A stretch of DNA of 57,394 nucleotides, counting the filler, from Basidioascus undulatus (taxonomy: Eukaryota), in assembly GCA_000826855.1 (NCBI GenBank). It is 4 parts of 4 records of this genome, joined end to end, with 100 filler letters (N's around TTAATTAATTAA, not from the genome) between each part and the next. Parts side by side here need not be neighbours in the genome. Positions count along the whole stretch, not along the records: positions 9,322 to 38,752 come from JTLS01000128.1; positions 38,853 to 48,073 come from JTLS01001280.1; 2 more parts are not named here. One strand, given 5' to 3'. A model generated the notes under the pieces. The model was not told the DNA's origin, did not search any database, and saw only the letters and a program-made list of their open reading frames with translations. The translations under genes and the position numbers were made by a program. Positions 37,865-48,173 of this stretch are shown here, one piece after another; within the stretch, counting starts at the first letter, position 1; every line of letters starts with the position of its first letter.

Positions 37865-38752
37865 ATGTCCTCCACTCCAGCCGCACCCCCCCGCTCATCG
37901 CGCAGACCGCGCAGCGCTCCCGCCGGTCTCTACCCCGCGCCCGCATTCAACCCGACCGTCTACACACCCGCGCACACCCGGCCTTCAACGCCCACGGGCT
38001 TCCCAGCACCCACCCCACCCAGACCGACCTCCCTCCTGGCAGCGCGGACGAAGCACACGCGCTCGCACTCGCTGCACCGGCTCCTCCCCACGCTGCTCCA
38101 CCCCTTCCTGCCCTCCCCGCCGCCCACGCCGACCTCGTCTCCCTCCCCATTGCCTGACATGGCCGCCCTCGCCCTCCCCTCCGAGCATCCGCACCCGTAC
38201 GCGCACTCCCCCTTGCCGCAGATTGGCGCCCCCGCGCGCGGGATCCTCATACACCCCTCCCCGTCCCTCTCGCGCACGCCCTCCGCAACCTACACGCATC
38301 CGCACCCCTCGCCCGACCTCGCCCGCGCCTCCTCTCGCGACTCCTCCTCGGGCTCCTCCGGCTCCTCCGCCGAGGCGCCGCCCCCGACCTCCCCCCCGGC
38401 AGGGCGGAAGATCCGCTTCGCGCCCCTCCCCGACCCGTCCGGGCTCGTCGGCGGCGGGCGCAGCGTCGTGTCCGGCACGCTCTTCGACGACGCCCACGCG
38501 GGCGTGATCGACTCATCCGACCCCTCGCAGGACATCCTGCGCATCCCCTCCCGCGACGCAGCGGAGCAGGTGGCCTCGGGCGAGGCGGTCGACGCGGCCG
38601 ACTTGCCCCCCATCGAGCATCTCACGTCCCCGCAGCAGGCGCAGGCGGGGGGGTCATCCCACGACCGCACGCCCTCGGAGGTGTCCGAGAGCGAGTCGAC
38701 GCGGAGCGCCGGCGGCGGAGGGGGCGGCGGTCGTCGCTGGGGCCGCAAGCTT
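37865..38752 (+). CDS. Pro/Ser-rich hypothetical protein, 5' part (truncated by gap)
   Basis: Long ORF from MSSTPAAPPRSSRRPRSAP with coding-like codon use; contains 'RKIRFAPLPDP'. Confidence 0.7.
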
Positions 38753-38852
38753 NNNNNNNNNNNNNNNNNNNNNNNNNNNNNNNNNNNNNNNNNNNNTTAA
38801 TTAATTAANNNNNNNNNNNNNNNNNNNNNNNNNNNNNNNNNNNNNNNNNNNN
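38753..38852. other. Assembly gap linker
   Basis: N44-TTAATTAATTAA-N44. Confidence 0.97.
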
Positions 38853-39406
38853 TCGTCAGCAGATGACTCGTGCGGGGGCGTCGGGGGGAGGTCCTTTTCG
38901 TCCTCGAAGTCGTCGTCGCTGTCGTCGTCGTCCAGTTCGAGGAACGAGCACCCGCGCTCCTCCGACACCGTGCGCCTCGGAGGCTCGGGGAAGTCGAGCT
39001 CGCCAGGCCACTCCTCCTCGGCGGCGTCAGGAGCAGCGTCGGGGTTGAGGATCTTGAAGTCATCGTCGTCGTCCGTCTGCGGTTGCGCCACCAGCTCGGG
39101 CTGGCGCTCGCGCTCGCGCTCGGCCCAACCTTTCTCAGCCTGGAAGCTGCTCGCCCGGCCGTGCTCGTGCCGCACGATGCTCAGTCCGCGGCTGAGCTTC
39201 GGGCCAGGGCGGACGCTCGAGGCCGGGAGGTACTGCGCCCACTTACTTGAGCGCGTTGAGACGGGGAAGTCGAATTCGGAGTCCGCGGTGGAGTTTGAGT
39301 GTAGGTCGGCTAGTGGATTGATGCGGACAATTCAGAGCTCCGCCTGCACACCAAGCGAATAAGACCGCATACCGGTTTTTGATATAGTAAGTTTGGGCGC
39401 ATCCAT
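38853..39406 (-). CDS. Acidic hypothetical protein, 5' part (truncated by gap)
   Basis: MDAPKLTISKT, a GTATGC...TAG intron, then an open frame to the gap including 'SFLELDDDDSDDDFEDEKDLPPTPP'. Confidence 0.6.
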
Positions 39407-40577
39407 GGCGCCTGGTGAGGAGGAAAGAGAGGAGGAGGCGTTGGGGTTGAAGGCCGAAGAAGACGAACGGAATGGAATGTTGCTCCTGCATTGCCGCCTT
39501 CGCGTCAGCCTCGCGCCTCCGTTCACCAAGAACAAACGTAGACTTACATGACGGAGCTGAGTACAGCACCAGCAGGCGTATAAATGAATGTGCGACCGCT
39601 TCGCGCGCAGGTCGAAGCTCAGCTCCCCCTCGGGCGCGGACTGGCGGCGGCCCAGCTGATGCAGGAGCAGCAGGTGAAAGTGAAGAGAGCCAAGCGCGTG
39701 GCTACGCGAGAGCAGCGCAATCGAAAGAGTGCGAAAGTTGAATGATTCGGGTGCACGAAAGGAAGTTAGCTAGGAAGACAAGAAGTTGAACAAGAGTGTA
39801 GGAGGACAGGAGGACAAGGAGGACAAGGGCGTCCCGAACAAGAACCCCTGGGAAGGCGCGGAGGCCGCAGCGGAGGCTGAGTTGCGGCATAGGGGGCCAT
39901 GGCTGTCACGCCCAGTCGAGGACGACAGACTCTGGGGAGGACAGGAACACCCCGAGTCGACGAATGTGAAGCAGTCGAAACGGGGTCAACAGTCAAGCCC
40001 CGAGCGCAGTTTGACGCGTGAATATAGTAAGTTGTAGGTACGAAATTCCGAGGGTGACACGCGAGCGGCGCCGCCCCGTCGCGTGAAGGTCGCGTGGCAT
40101 TGGCTGTGACAGGATCGTAAACACTTCACAGCATCTCTTTCTGTTTCCGCCCCTCCTCTCCCCATGCCTTCACAACTACCCCATTCGCATCCCACCGGGC
40201 ACAGAATTTTTGGGGCCTCTGTATACGATACGACTAACCTGGGTTCACCTTTGGAGCATTTCTTGTGTTATTCCAATAGCGTTGTCCCAACAGGAGTGTG
40301 GAACTGCTTTCGCATGCCCAACTTCTGCGTTGGACTGAACGTGTCTGTCTCCCAAAGAGTAAGTTTCCGGAAAAGTAAAGTGTCACGTGTGGGATCCACA
40401 AGAATGTGTTTGTTGCTTGGTTGTAGCGCCGCACAGCAGCGGCGAGTGTGCACGTGGTGCGGTCCTCTGCGCTCATCCCGCCGTCGCCAACAGCTCCACG
40501 TCGACCCCGCTCCCTCACCATCGACCAGCGCTCGCTCTGCTCCTCCAAGTCCCAAGCCCATCCCTTCACTCTGCACC

Positions 40578-41540
40578 ATGCCACATCTCCTCGACTTCCC
40601 AAAGGAGATCCTTTCGCAGATCCTCTTCGAGGCCTACTTCGCCGAGGAGCCTCCCAACCTTGCGGCTTCGTCCGCGGTGTTCGGCTCGACCGTGATGTCC
40701 TCCCTCTCGATCTGCAAGTGCCTTCGACCTCTCGCTTTCGATTGCCTGTGTCGATTTGTGCGCCTCACGACAGAAAAGCAGTGCGAATCGTTCATGAAGT
40801 ATCTCGGGAAGGACGACGAAACCGCTGGGCGGGTGTCGAAGCTCGTTCTCACCGCACCCTTCGCTTCCCCCACTTTCGAGTCTATCTTGAGCGCACGCAC
40901 CGCCGTGAAGACGCTCAAGCTGAAGCCCGCTCAGCTAGAGCTGTATACGCCGCAGAGCATCCAAGGACTCCTTGCGCCTCTGACCATTCTTCGGCCAGCC
41001 ACTGTGTCTCTGGTGTTTTCCTTCACGCCATGTACAATGACACTTAATAATCTCCTCGCCATGGGAGCGGCCATTCAAAGCCTGATGCTATCGTCTCTTC
41101 GCTGTTGGGCCGAACAAGGCAACCTGCACTCCTTCGGGTCGCTCGACTGCACTGGCGCTCTTAAGAGGGAGCTCGTCAGCATCCCCCTGCGTTCTCGACT
41201 TCTGACTTCCAAGACGACGCTCGACTGGATTGAGGCAGTTGCCGACAACCCGCACGTCCAGTCAGTTGAGTGGCTGCGTGATCAGACAGGCCGTCCGGCT
41301 GGAGCCGTTTCAGACAGAGACAGAGGCGGACTTATGGCAAGGCTACTGAGCAGTTCTTCGAAAGGGTCGTGGTCTTGGAGTGGATGCCTGACAGTGATGG
41401 CTTTTGAAGGAGGCAAAGAAGGAGATTGTTCAGATAGGTGTCGTGCTTCTGCTCATGCGTTTTACTATTTATCTGATCATTCGCGCAGCAACTGTATTCT
41501 CTCGCAATACACTCTCACGGTATGTACAAACCGTTGCTGA
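40578..41540 (+). CDS. F-box-like protein (intact copy of a local family)
   Basis: Starts MPHLLDFPKEILSQILFEAY (F-box-like L..LP.EIL..I pattern), followed by 'SLSICKCLRPLA' and an LRR-like region. The true 3' end may be spliced. Confidence 0.65.
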   Translation: MPHLLDFPKEILSQILFEAYFAEEPPNLAASSAVFGSTVMSSLSICKCLRPLAFDCLCRFVRLTTEKQCESFMKYLGKDDETAGRVSKLVLTAPFASPTFESILSARTAVKTLKLKPAQLELYTPQSIQGLLAPLTILRPATVSLVFSFTPCTMTLNNLLAMGAAIQSLMLSSLRCWAEQGNLHSFGSLDCTGALKRELVSIPLRSRLLTSKTTLDWIEAVADNPHVQSVEWLRDQTGRPAGAVSDRDRGGLMARLLSSSSKGSWSWSGCLTVMAFEGGKEGDCSDRCRASAHAFYYLSDHSRSNCILSQYTLTVCTNRC

Positions 41541-42169
41541 CCCGTGTGTGATAATGTCGAGCGTGATGGCGGCGCCATGAAGAGGAACAAGGCCGCAGTA
41601 CTGTGGTATCAGTGTCTGAGCATGGTCACAATGAACGCGCAGAGTCGTCAAACATCTCTGGATCGCCAACACAGCCGGCACCATTCTGAGAAGTGAGGAC
41701 TTTCATCATTTGGAAATCCATAGCCTTGGGCCAGGAGGGGACGAGGCCAGACGGCAGGGAGAGATTGATCAGCCAAATCAACTTGAACCAGGCAGCCATT
41801 CAGGCATGAACAACGTAGCCGAAGGCCGACCTTCGGCCTGTGGCAAAGTGTCTGCTGGAATTACACTTACCAGCTCTAACAGGAGGAAGGTCTGTACGTG
41901 GACGAGTAACCGGCAATAGCTCCCAGGATAACATTTTGAACGTCTGCCTGGTTCTCCAGTGTCAAGCACAAACGAAGCAGGAAACTCCAAGCTACCAACT
42001 GTCCCCTTTCCTTGAATCATGATGCGATATTATACATCGGCTTTTTGGACAGTCACCTCCGGTAGCAGGCGACCACGGAGGCGCACAGGAGGATCTTCTA
42101 TTGTGTAGGAGCGTCCCCCTAGAGCTGACCATGACTGCCATTGCGCTGTTGCACAGCCACGAGCGTGTA

Positions 42170-42530
42170 CATAATGCACCCATCTCAAAAGAGATTTCAA
42201 TTCCTTCAAAATACATGCCTGTCAGGAAACGGTTCCGAAACGGTTCCGACATTGTGACCCTTTCTAATGAATGCTCTTCGTCCTTCGTGAAGAAATCCGT
42301 CTGACGGAGACGGCTCAAGCACGACCTCCCCCCCTTAGTTCCGCACAAGCTCTGACGACTGAATCTGAATTTTGCGCCTGAATCCATGCAGTCATTCAAG
42401 CGGGGTGTTGTTCAGTATGCGTAGACAGCGCAGCGGCGAATTTGGCAGCTCGATGCCTAGACCAACACGAGCAGCAATCTAGCCAGCTCAATGCGAAAGC
42501 TACGGCCCCAACTGTGGAGGTTAAAAGGCA
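42170..42530 (-). pseudogene. 3' fragment of an F-box-like paralog
   Basis: 'ELPNSPLRCLRILNNTPLE*...IQSSELVRN*' and 'RNRFLTGMYFEG' align by eye with 'ELVSIPLRSRLL...VQSVEWLRDQ...LTVMAFEG' of the 40578 copy. Confidence 0.55.
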
Positions 42531-42801
42531 AGATGCAACTAATTTCAGTAAGCGAGACTAGTGACTGAGGGAGAGGGAAGGAGGCGGAGAGCGAGCTTCG
42601 AGCGAGTTCAGCAAAGCGGAAACAACGGAGACGCGAGCGTGAAGCGAGGAGGGAACGGGACGAGAGCTAGTATGTTTATGATCCGGATGAAATTTTAACA
42701 GATTGTGCTTTTGGCGCCATGAAAGGTAGGGCGGCGGTAAGAGGCTTCACTATCGCCTGCGCTCAAGTCCTAAGCCCATCTTTCATCAACAGCTCTACAA
42801 C

Positions 42802-43630
42802 ATGTACCACCTCCTCGACTTTCCGAAGGGATCCTTTCACAGATCCTGTTCGAAGCCTACTTCGCCGAGGATCCTGCCGCAGCCCCAATCGCAGCGGACC
42901 CGAGCACATTCGCCATGTCCTCCCTCTTCATCTACAAGCGCCTTCAGCGTCTGGCTTTCGATCATCTCTCTCGAGACGTGCATCTTACTACGGTGAAGCA
43001 GCGCAAGTCGTTCCTGAGGTACCTGGAGAAGGATGACAGAGCCGTTGGGCGGGTGTCGAAGCTGGTCCTCACCGCACCTTTCGATCGGCGCACTTTCGAG
43101 TCCCTCCTGAGCGCATGCGCCGCGGTGAAGACTCTCAAACTCAAGCGTGAACCCTCTATTCTCCCAAGGACATCAAAGGACTCCTCTTCTTCCGCTGACG
43201 GGTCTCAGACCAGCAACAGTTTCTCTCGCGAGGAGTGTTGTTAAACGGCAGGCTACCCGTCCTACAGCACGTGCAGCGTCAACTTGGAGCTCATGGCCAG
43301 AAGGCCCATGGCCGGCAGTCCCATGGCCGGCAGGGCCGCCAGCACCGTGGGATCCATATGTTCCTCAAACCTTCCCCGGCCACGACAGCGTCCTGCCAAA
43401 ACCTGGTGTTGTCCTCTATCCGCTACAAGGCATCCTTCACACACTTCGGCCTCGCCGACTTTTCTTTCGATGAGGATTTCGAGGCTGAAGTTTCCAACCT
43501 GAGAGGAATTGGAAGAGAGCGACGGGCAATTTTTCGAAAGAGTTGTTATCGTGGAGCCAATGCTTGACCGAGAGGGCTTTTCAAGGAGGAGGGACTTTTC
43601 AAGGAGGAGGGAAAGACGGGTGTGGCTCAG
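42802..43630 (+). pseudogene. Frameshifted F-box-like paralog
   Basis: ATG TAC CAC CTC CTC GAC TTT CCG AAG GG ATC CTT TCA CAG shows a 1-nt loss relative to the 40578 copy. Shares 'YLEKDDRAVGRVSKLVLTAPF'; further frameshifts downstream. Confidence 0.8.
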
Positions 43631-44319
43631 ATGGTGTTGTGCGTCTTGCCCGTAGTTGTGCATGCAGTCATAATCTTGCTCATTTCCTTGCCGATGTTTT
43701 GTAATACATGAGGATGCTCTCCTTAAGCTTATTACTGACGCCTGTGCAAAGATGTTGAGTTGGCAACGCCAGGGGAAGCAAATCCGCCCCAACACTGGCC
43801 TGGCGACTCTTTTATCACAAGGGAGGCATAGCCCACCTTGGGGAACAACCGCGGCCTTTCTTCTATCGTGGAAGACGCTCAGACTGCTTCTTCCGGTAAG
43901 AGGTGTGGAATTTAAGCGGTAGGTAAACAAGCTGCACTTCATTCGCATTGAGGGCCGACCGCTGAAAGTGGTACAGCAGCTACCGTCAGCTGGCAGCAAG
44001 TCACAATTCCTGATCCTCCTTATACAAAGAAATCTGTACATCCTTACAAGCAGACGATTTTGGAGCAAGGCATTCTAAAGGGACAAAATCCTGGCCAATC
44101 TTCACTCAGACGATAGCATCCCAGCCTGAAGTTGGGGAGCAAGATCTCCGATTCGCCGCCACTAGAACAATACTCATGCTTGCTACATTAAAGAGTCCCC
44201 CTTTAGGTACCTTCACCGCATTCTTTTCAGATCTGCCACCTAGCACGTGGTCAATCGCGTCTACCATCAGTACCGACCTGCCGTTGCACGCATGCACACA
44301 CGCAACAGTTAGTTACAGT

Positions 44320-45177
44320 ACATCTGAACCTTTCGCGTTTTCGCTCCCTTCAGAAGCCCTCCCGGTCATGAAATGGTTCCGACGCCACAACCCTTTCCAT
44401 GACCTGCTCTCTATCCTCTCTAAAGGAGACGTGAACGGCTGAAGCTGGACGTCCCTCCTTGGTCACGCACGAACTCGACGGATTGGATGTGCGTGTTGCG
44501 GGAGAGTACAGTAAGCCATATGAGCGAGCTGCTGTCCGTCACATGCAGACAGCGCAACGGCAAAGTGGGCAGTTCGGTGCGCAGAGCGTCGTCCGGCACT
44601 GCTCCGGTGACCCCGAAGGAGTAGAAACTGGCTCGTTTGACCCACGAGCGGAGAGAGGACGATAGCAGGCTAAGGAGGCTTGAACGGCGGCGAGCCTGCC
44701 ATGATCTTCTGCGGATACCGGATGCGACGATGTGTCGATGGAAATGCGGAGGGAGACGGCGGTCGGTTCAAGAATAGTCAGGGACCGACACAGTCCTTCG
44801 ATGTCTGCAGGCGTTGTAGAAGGAGCGTGGTAGAGCTTGAACTCGAGCGTCTCGACCGCGGTACCTTTTTCTCAGGATAGATGCGAAAGTGCGCGGGTCG
44901 AAAGGTGCGATGAGAACAAGCTTCGACACCCGCCCAGCGGCTCTGTCGTCCTTCTCCAGGTACCTCAAGAACGACTCGCATTGCTTCAGCGTGGTGGGGC
45001 CCACGTTTAGACCCAGATGATCGAGAGCGACGGGCTGAAGGCGCTTGCAGATGAAGAGGGAGGACATCGGGGTCGTGCTCGGGTCCGCGGTAGACGGAGC
45101 CGGAGGATCCTCCGCAAAGGAGGCTTCGCAGAGGATCTGCGAGATGAGTTCGTTCGGGAAGTTCAGGAGGGGGTCAT
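44320..45177 (-). pseudogene. Frameshifted F-box-like paralog, inverted
   Basis: The ATG at 45177 is out of frame with 'LLNFPNELISQILCEASFAEDPP...KQCESFLRYLEKDDRAAGRVSKLVLIAPF'. Later frames give 'LSSSLRSWVK...ELPTLPLRCL...HIQSVEFVRDQ'. Confidence 0.8.
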
Positions 45178-45602
45178 TGTGCAGGGCTGTCGATGAAGCG
45201 GTAGGCTTGGGCCGAGGAGGAACAGGGTGGCTGGGGAAGTCAGGCGATGATGAGAGGCGGAAGGCAACGTCGGAGTGCATGCAGACCGGTGGCCGTGGGG
45301 TCAGTCGAGTGCTTCATTGGAGGGCTTCCGTGGAAAATACAGTACGGAAATAATATTGCTGCCTCTGCTTTGAAAATCGCGTCTGCGTCTTGCCAAGCAT
45401 AGGAAATGGTCGCAAGCTTTTCTATTTGCTGTTCAGTGTACGGATCCCAAAACCCCCGCAGCGATTCAAGTGCTCCACTCCCGAAGCACATCAACTAAAC
45501 CGTCCTCCCACTCCGCAAACATCCCGCTCCTTAAATACCCCCTCTCCACTCTATCCCACCTCCCCTCCCCACCAACATCCTACCCCGCCATCCACCTCCC
45601 GC

Positions 45603-47231
45603 TCACCGCGTACCCTCTTGAAGCGGCGGCAGCCCAAAGTCCGAGCGCTTCTTGAGCGGGATGTCGAGGCCCGTGCTCCACTCTGGGTAGCGCGGCTTGT
45701 AGCCCGCTATGTATTGGCCTACAAAGCGGCCTGGTGTGCCATACGCTCGCAAGTCAGCAATTGCTTCTTCCAGATCGAAGAAGGGAGGCTCTGGGAAGGG
45801 AAGAGGAAGGAGGGGAGGAGAGGAAAGGGGAGGGTGGGAGAAGAAAGAAGGTGAAGGGTGAATTGGGATGGGGATAGGGGGAGGAGGAAAACCAACCGAG
45901 CACCAAGTTCATTGCGCGCCCGATCGGCCGCGGCGGGTCGGCGAGGCAGACGTTCGCCCCGTCGAGGAAGGTGAGGAGCTGGATGGTCGAGGGAGTCGTT
46001 CCGCCTGTGGATGCCGTGCTTGAGTATGTTAGAACTCGACATGCTGAAGGTTGTTGGACAGGGAAGGGGGGAGGAGGAAGGAGGGAGGAGGAAGGGGGAA
46101 GGGGGAAGCAGGAAGCAGGAGGGGAGAGAGACGCACGCCCGATCGTCCGGTCCATGTAGGAGTAGACTGTTCGAGGGGATGAGGTGAGCGGGAGAGAGGG
46201 GTGAGGTGAAGGGGGGAGGGGGACAAACAGTTCAGGATGAAGTCGTGGTCGAACCTGTTACCCACCCACCGTTAGTCAGACCTGCCGACCTGGGGATCTT
46301 CGGGAGAGGAGAGCAGGCAACCCACCCAAGATGCTTCGGCGTCGTAGTAACTACCACTTCCAAGTCCTCCCCTGTCGACTACCCAGCCACCACCCCAACC
46401 ATTCCATCAGTCCTCCAGCTCCCCGGGCTCCCTGCCAGGCCTGCGGCTCACAGCATCGACCCAGAACTACCGGGCGCCCACACCACTCAGCATCAGCGTC
46501 AAGATGATAAGGATTCAGAAAATCAGGAGCCAAAGACGCACCGTATGTGCGTCCCCCGGCCTAATCACGCCCTTCTCCCCCGCCATCAACCGCTTCTCAA
46601 CGCCCTCCTCAACATAGACCATCGTTCCTTTGATCTGCGTCGCCCTCCACATTTCAGCCCTACACTGACAAGTAGGGACATAAACACACCACTTCGAATA
46701 TCTCCGCCCTATCCCAGGCCATCCATCCTTATTCAGATCTCGCTAAGACGAGACGACGCGGCGACTCACTGCCACATGTGGAAACTACCCCCGCCCGCTC
46801 TGCATCAGCCCACGCTCCGCACACACAAATATGAGAAGTAGGGAGGAAAAACGCACTGCAAAGGTGGGTTCGCCGCGCTCTCCCTCCCCCTGCTGGTGAA
46901 CGGGCTCTTGGCGCTGAGGACCTGTCGGACACTCCCATCGTCGCTGTCCCCCCTCCCCATTCCCATAAGCTCCCTCCTCCGAGTAAGAAGAATAGAGAGA
47001 TGGAAAGGAGACGGAGGACGCAACAGGAACCACGTCTTCAACCCCCCGCCAAAGACGGCGAAGCACCCAGAGGAATCCAATGTGGGCGGGGTGGAGAGGT
47101 CGGGAGGCTGCCGTGGGAATGGGAATCGTCAACCACCATACACAGTACAAATCTTTACTTTGGGAAGAAGGAGGACGTACAGGAGGGAAATATTCGTTGA
47201 TACGCGAACGGAGCGCAGAGAGGGGGCTCAT
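45603..47231 (-). CDS. Cupin (RmlC-like) domain protein with micro-exons
   Basis: Splicing reconstructs cupin motif 1 'PPLHFHMWQAEIFEVIKG' and motif 2 'GEKGVIRPGDAHTFW', then 'FDHDFILN', 'PSTIQLLTFLDG' and 'GQYIAGYKPRYPEW'. Confidence 0.75.
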
Positions 47232-47795
47232 TGCGTGAGGTGGGAGGAGGAGGAGGAGAAGGCGGTGTCAAGGCAAGGCAAGAGCGAAAGGCGAGGCGGG
47301 AAGAGTCCGCTGGCGAAGACGCAATCGCTAAGACGCAATCGCTCGTAGCTGTCGCGCTGCGATGGGGGAGGGACTTCAACTTCGCGGTTCGACCGCCAAA
47401 AGGGGCTTTTTATATGTCTGTTCTGGGTTGTGGTTCGTGGTTGGACATGAGACGTGAAGGCAGGGACCCGGAAATGCGGGGACGCGGCGACGACACCTCC
47501 GATCGCCGGCATCGATTCATAGAAACCGCGACTGCACGCTTGGAACGCCGACAACGGGACGCGTCGTCCGTCCGTCGAGTGTTGCTTTTGCGAACTGACT
47601 GGCATCAGCCAGTGCGGCATGCGCCCGGGAGAGGAGGGGATGGCCAGGGACGATGGAAGCTTTGTACGAAACGAGCAGGCTCGACGACGCTGCCACGTTC
47701 TCCCCACTTCTCGATTTACTCTAGGTTCCCTCGCAGAGCCACTGCAGTCGCCCTCACGTTCCACAGCAGTGTTCGGCACCACTCGCTGCATCACC

Positions 47796-48073
47796 TCACC
47801 ACTCCCACTGCCGTCCCGTCGCGTCCTCCCACAGGTCCCACTGCCCCCAACCCCCCACAACCGCCAATAAGCAAATCCAAGCCTGCCTCATCTCCTCCTC
47901 CCTCTCCTTCTCCCCTTCCACCTCCCCGCCCCCTCCTCCACCCTCCCGTAGCACCCCAACGACCCCCCGCGCGAACTCCCTGAGCACGGAGATCTCGTCC
48001 GAGGTGAGGTGCGCGGGCAGCGAGGCGAGGAGCGCGAATGCCCAGCGCGCGTGGAGCGGTGTTAGGGACGGTA
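47796..48073 (-). CDS. GEMIN2: Gemin2/Brr1 (SMN-interacting protein) C-terminal part (5' end lost in gap)
   Basis: 'HARWAFALLASLPAHLTSDEISVLREFAR...AWICLLAVVGGWGQWDLW' matches the Gemin2 W..ALL...L...S.LR..AR / GQ.DL signature. Confidence 0.75.
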
Positions 48074-48173
48074 NNNNNNNNNNNNNNNNNNNNNNNNNNN
48101 NNNNNNNNNNNNNNNNNTTAATTAATTAANNNNNNNNNNNNNNNNNNNNNNNNNNNNNNNNNNNNNNNNNNNN
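48074..48173. other. Assembly gap linker
   Basis: N44-TTAATTAATTAA-N44. Confidence 0.97.
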
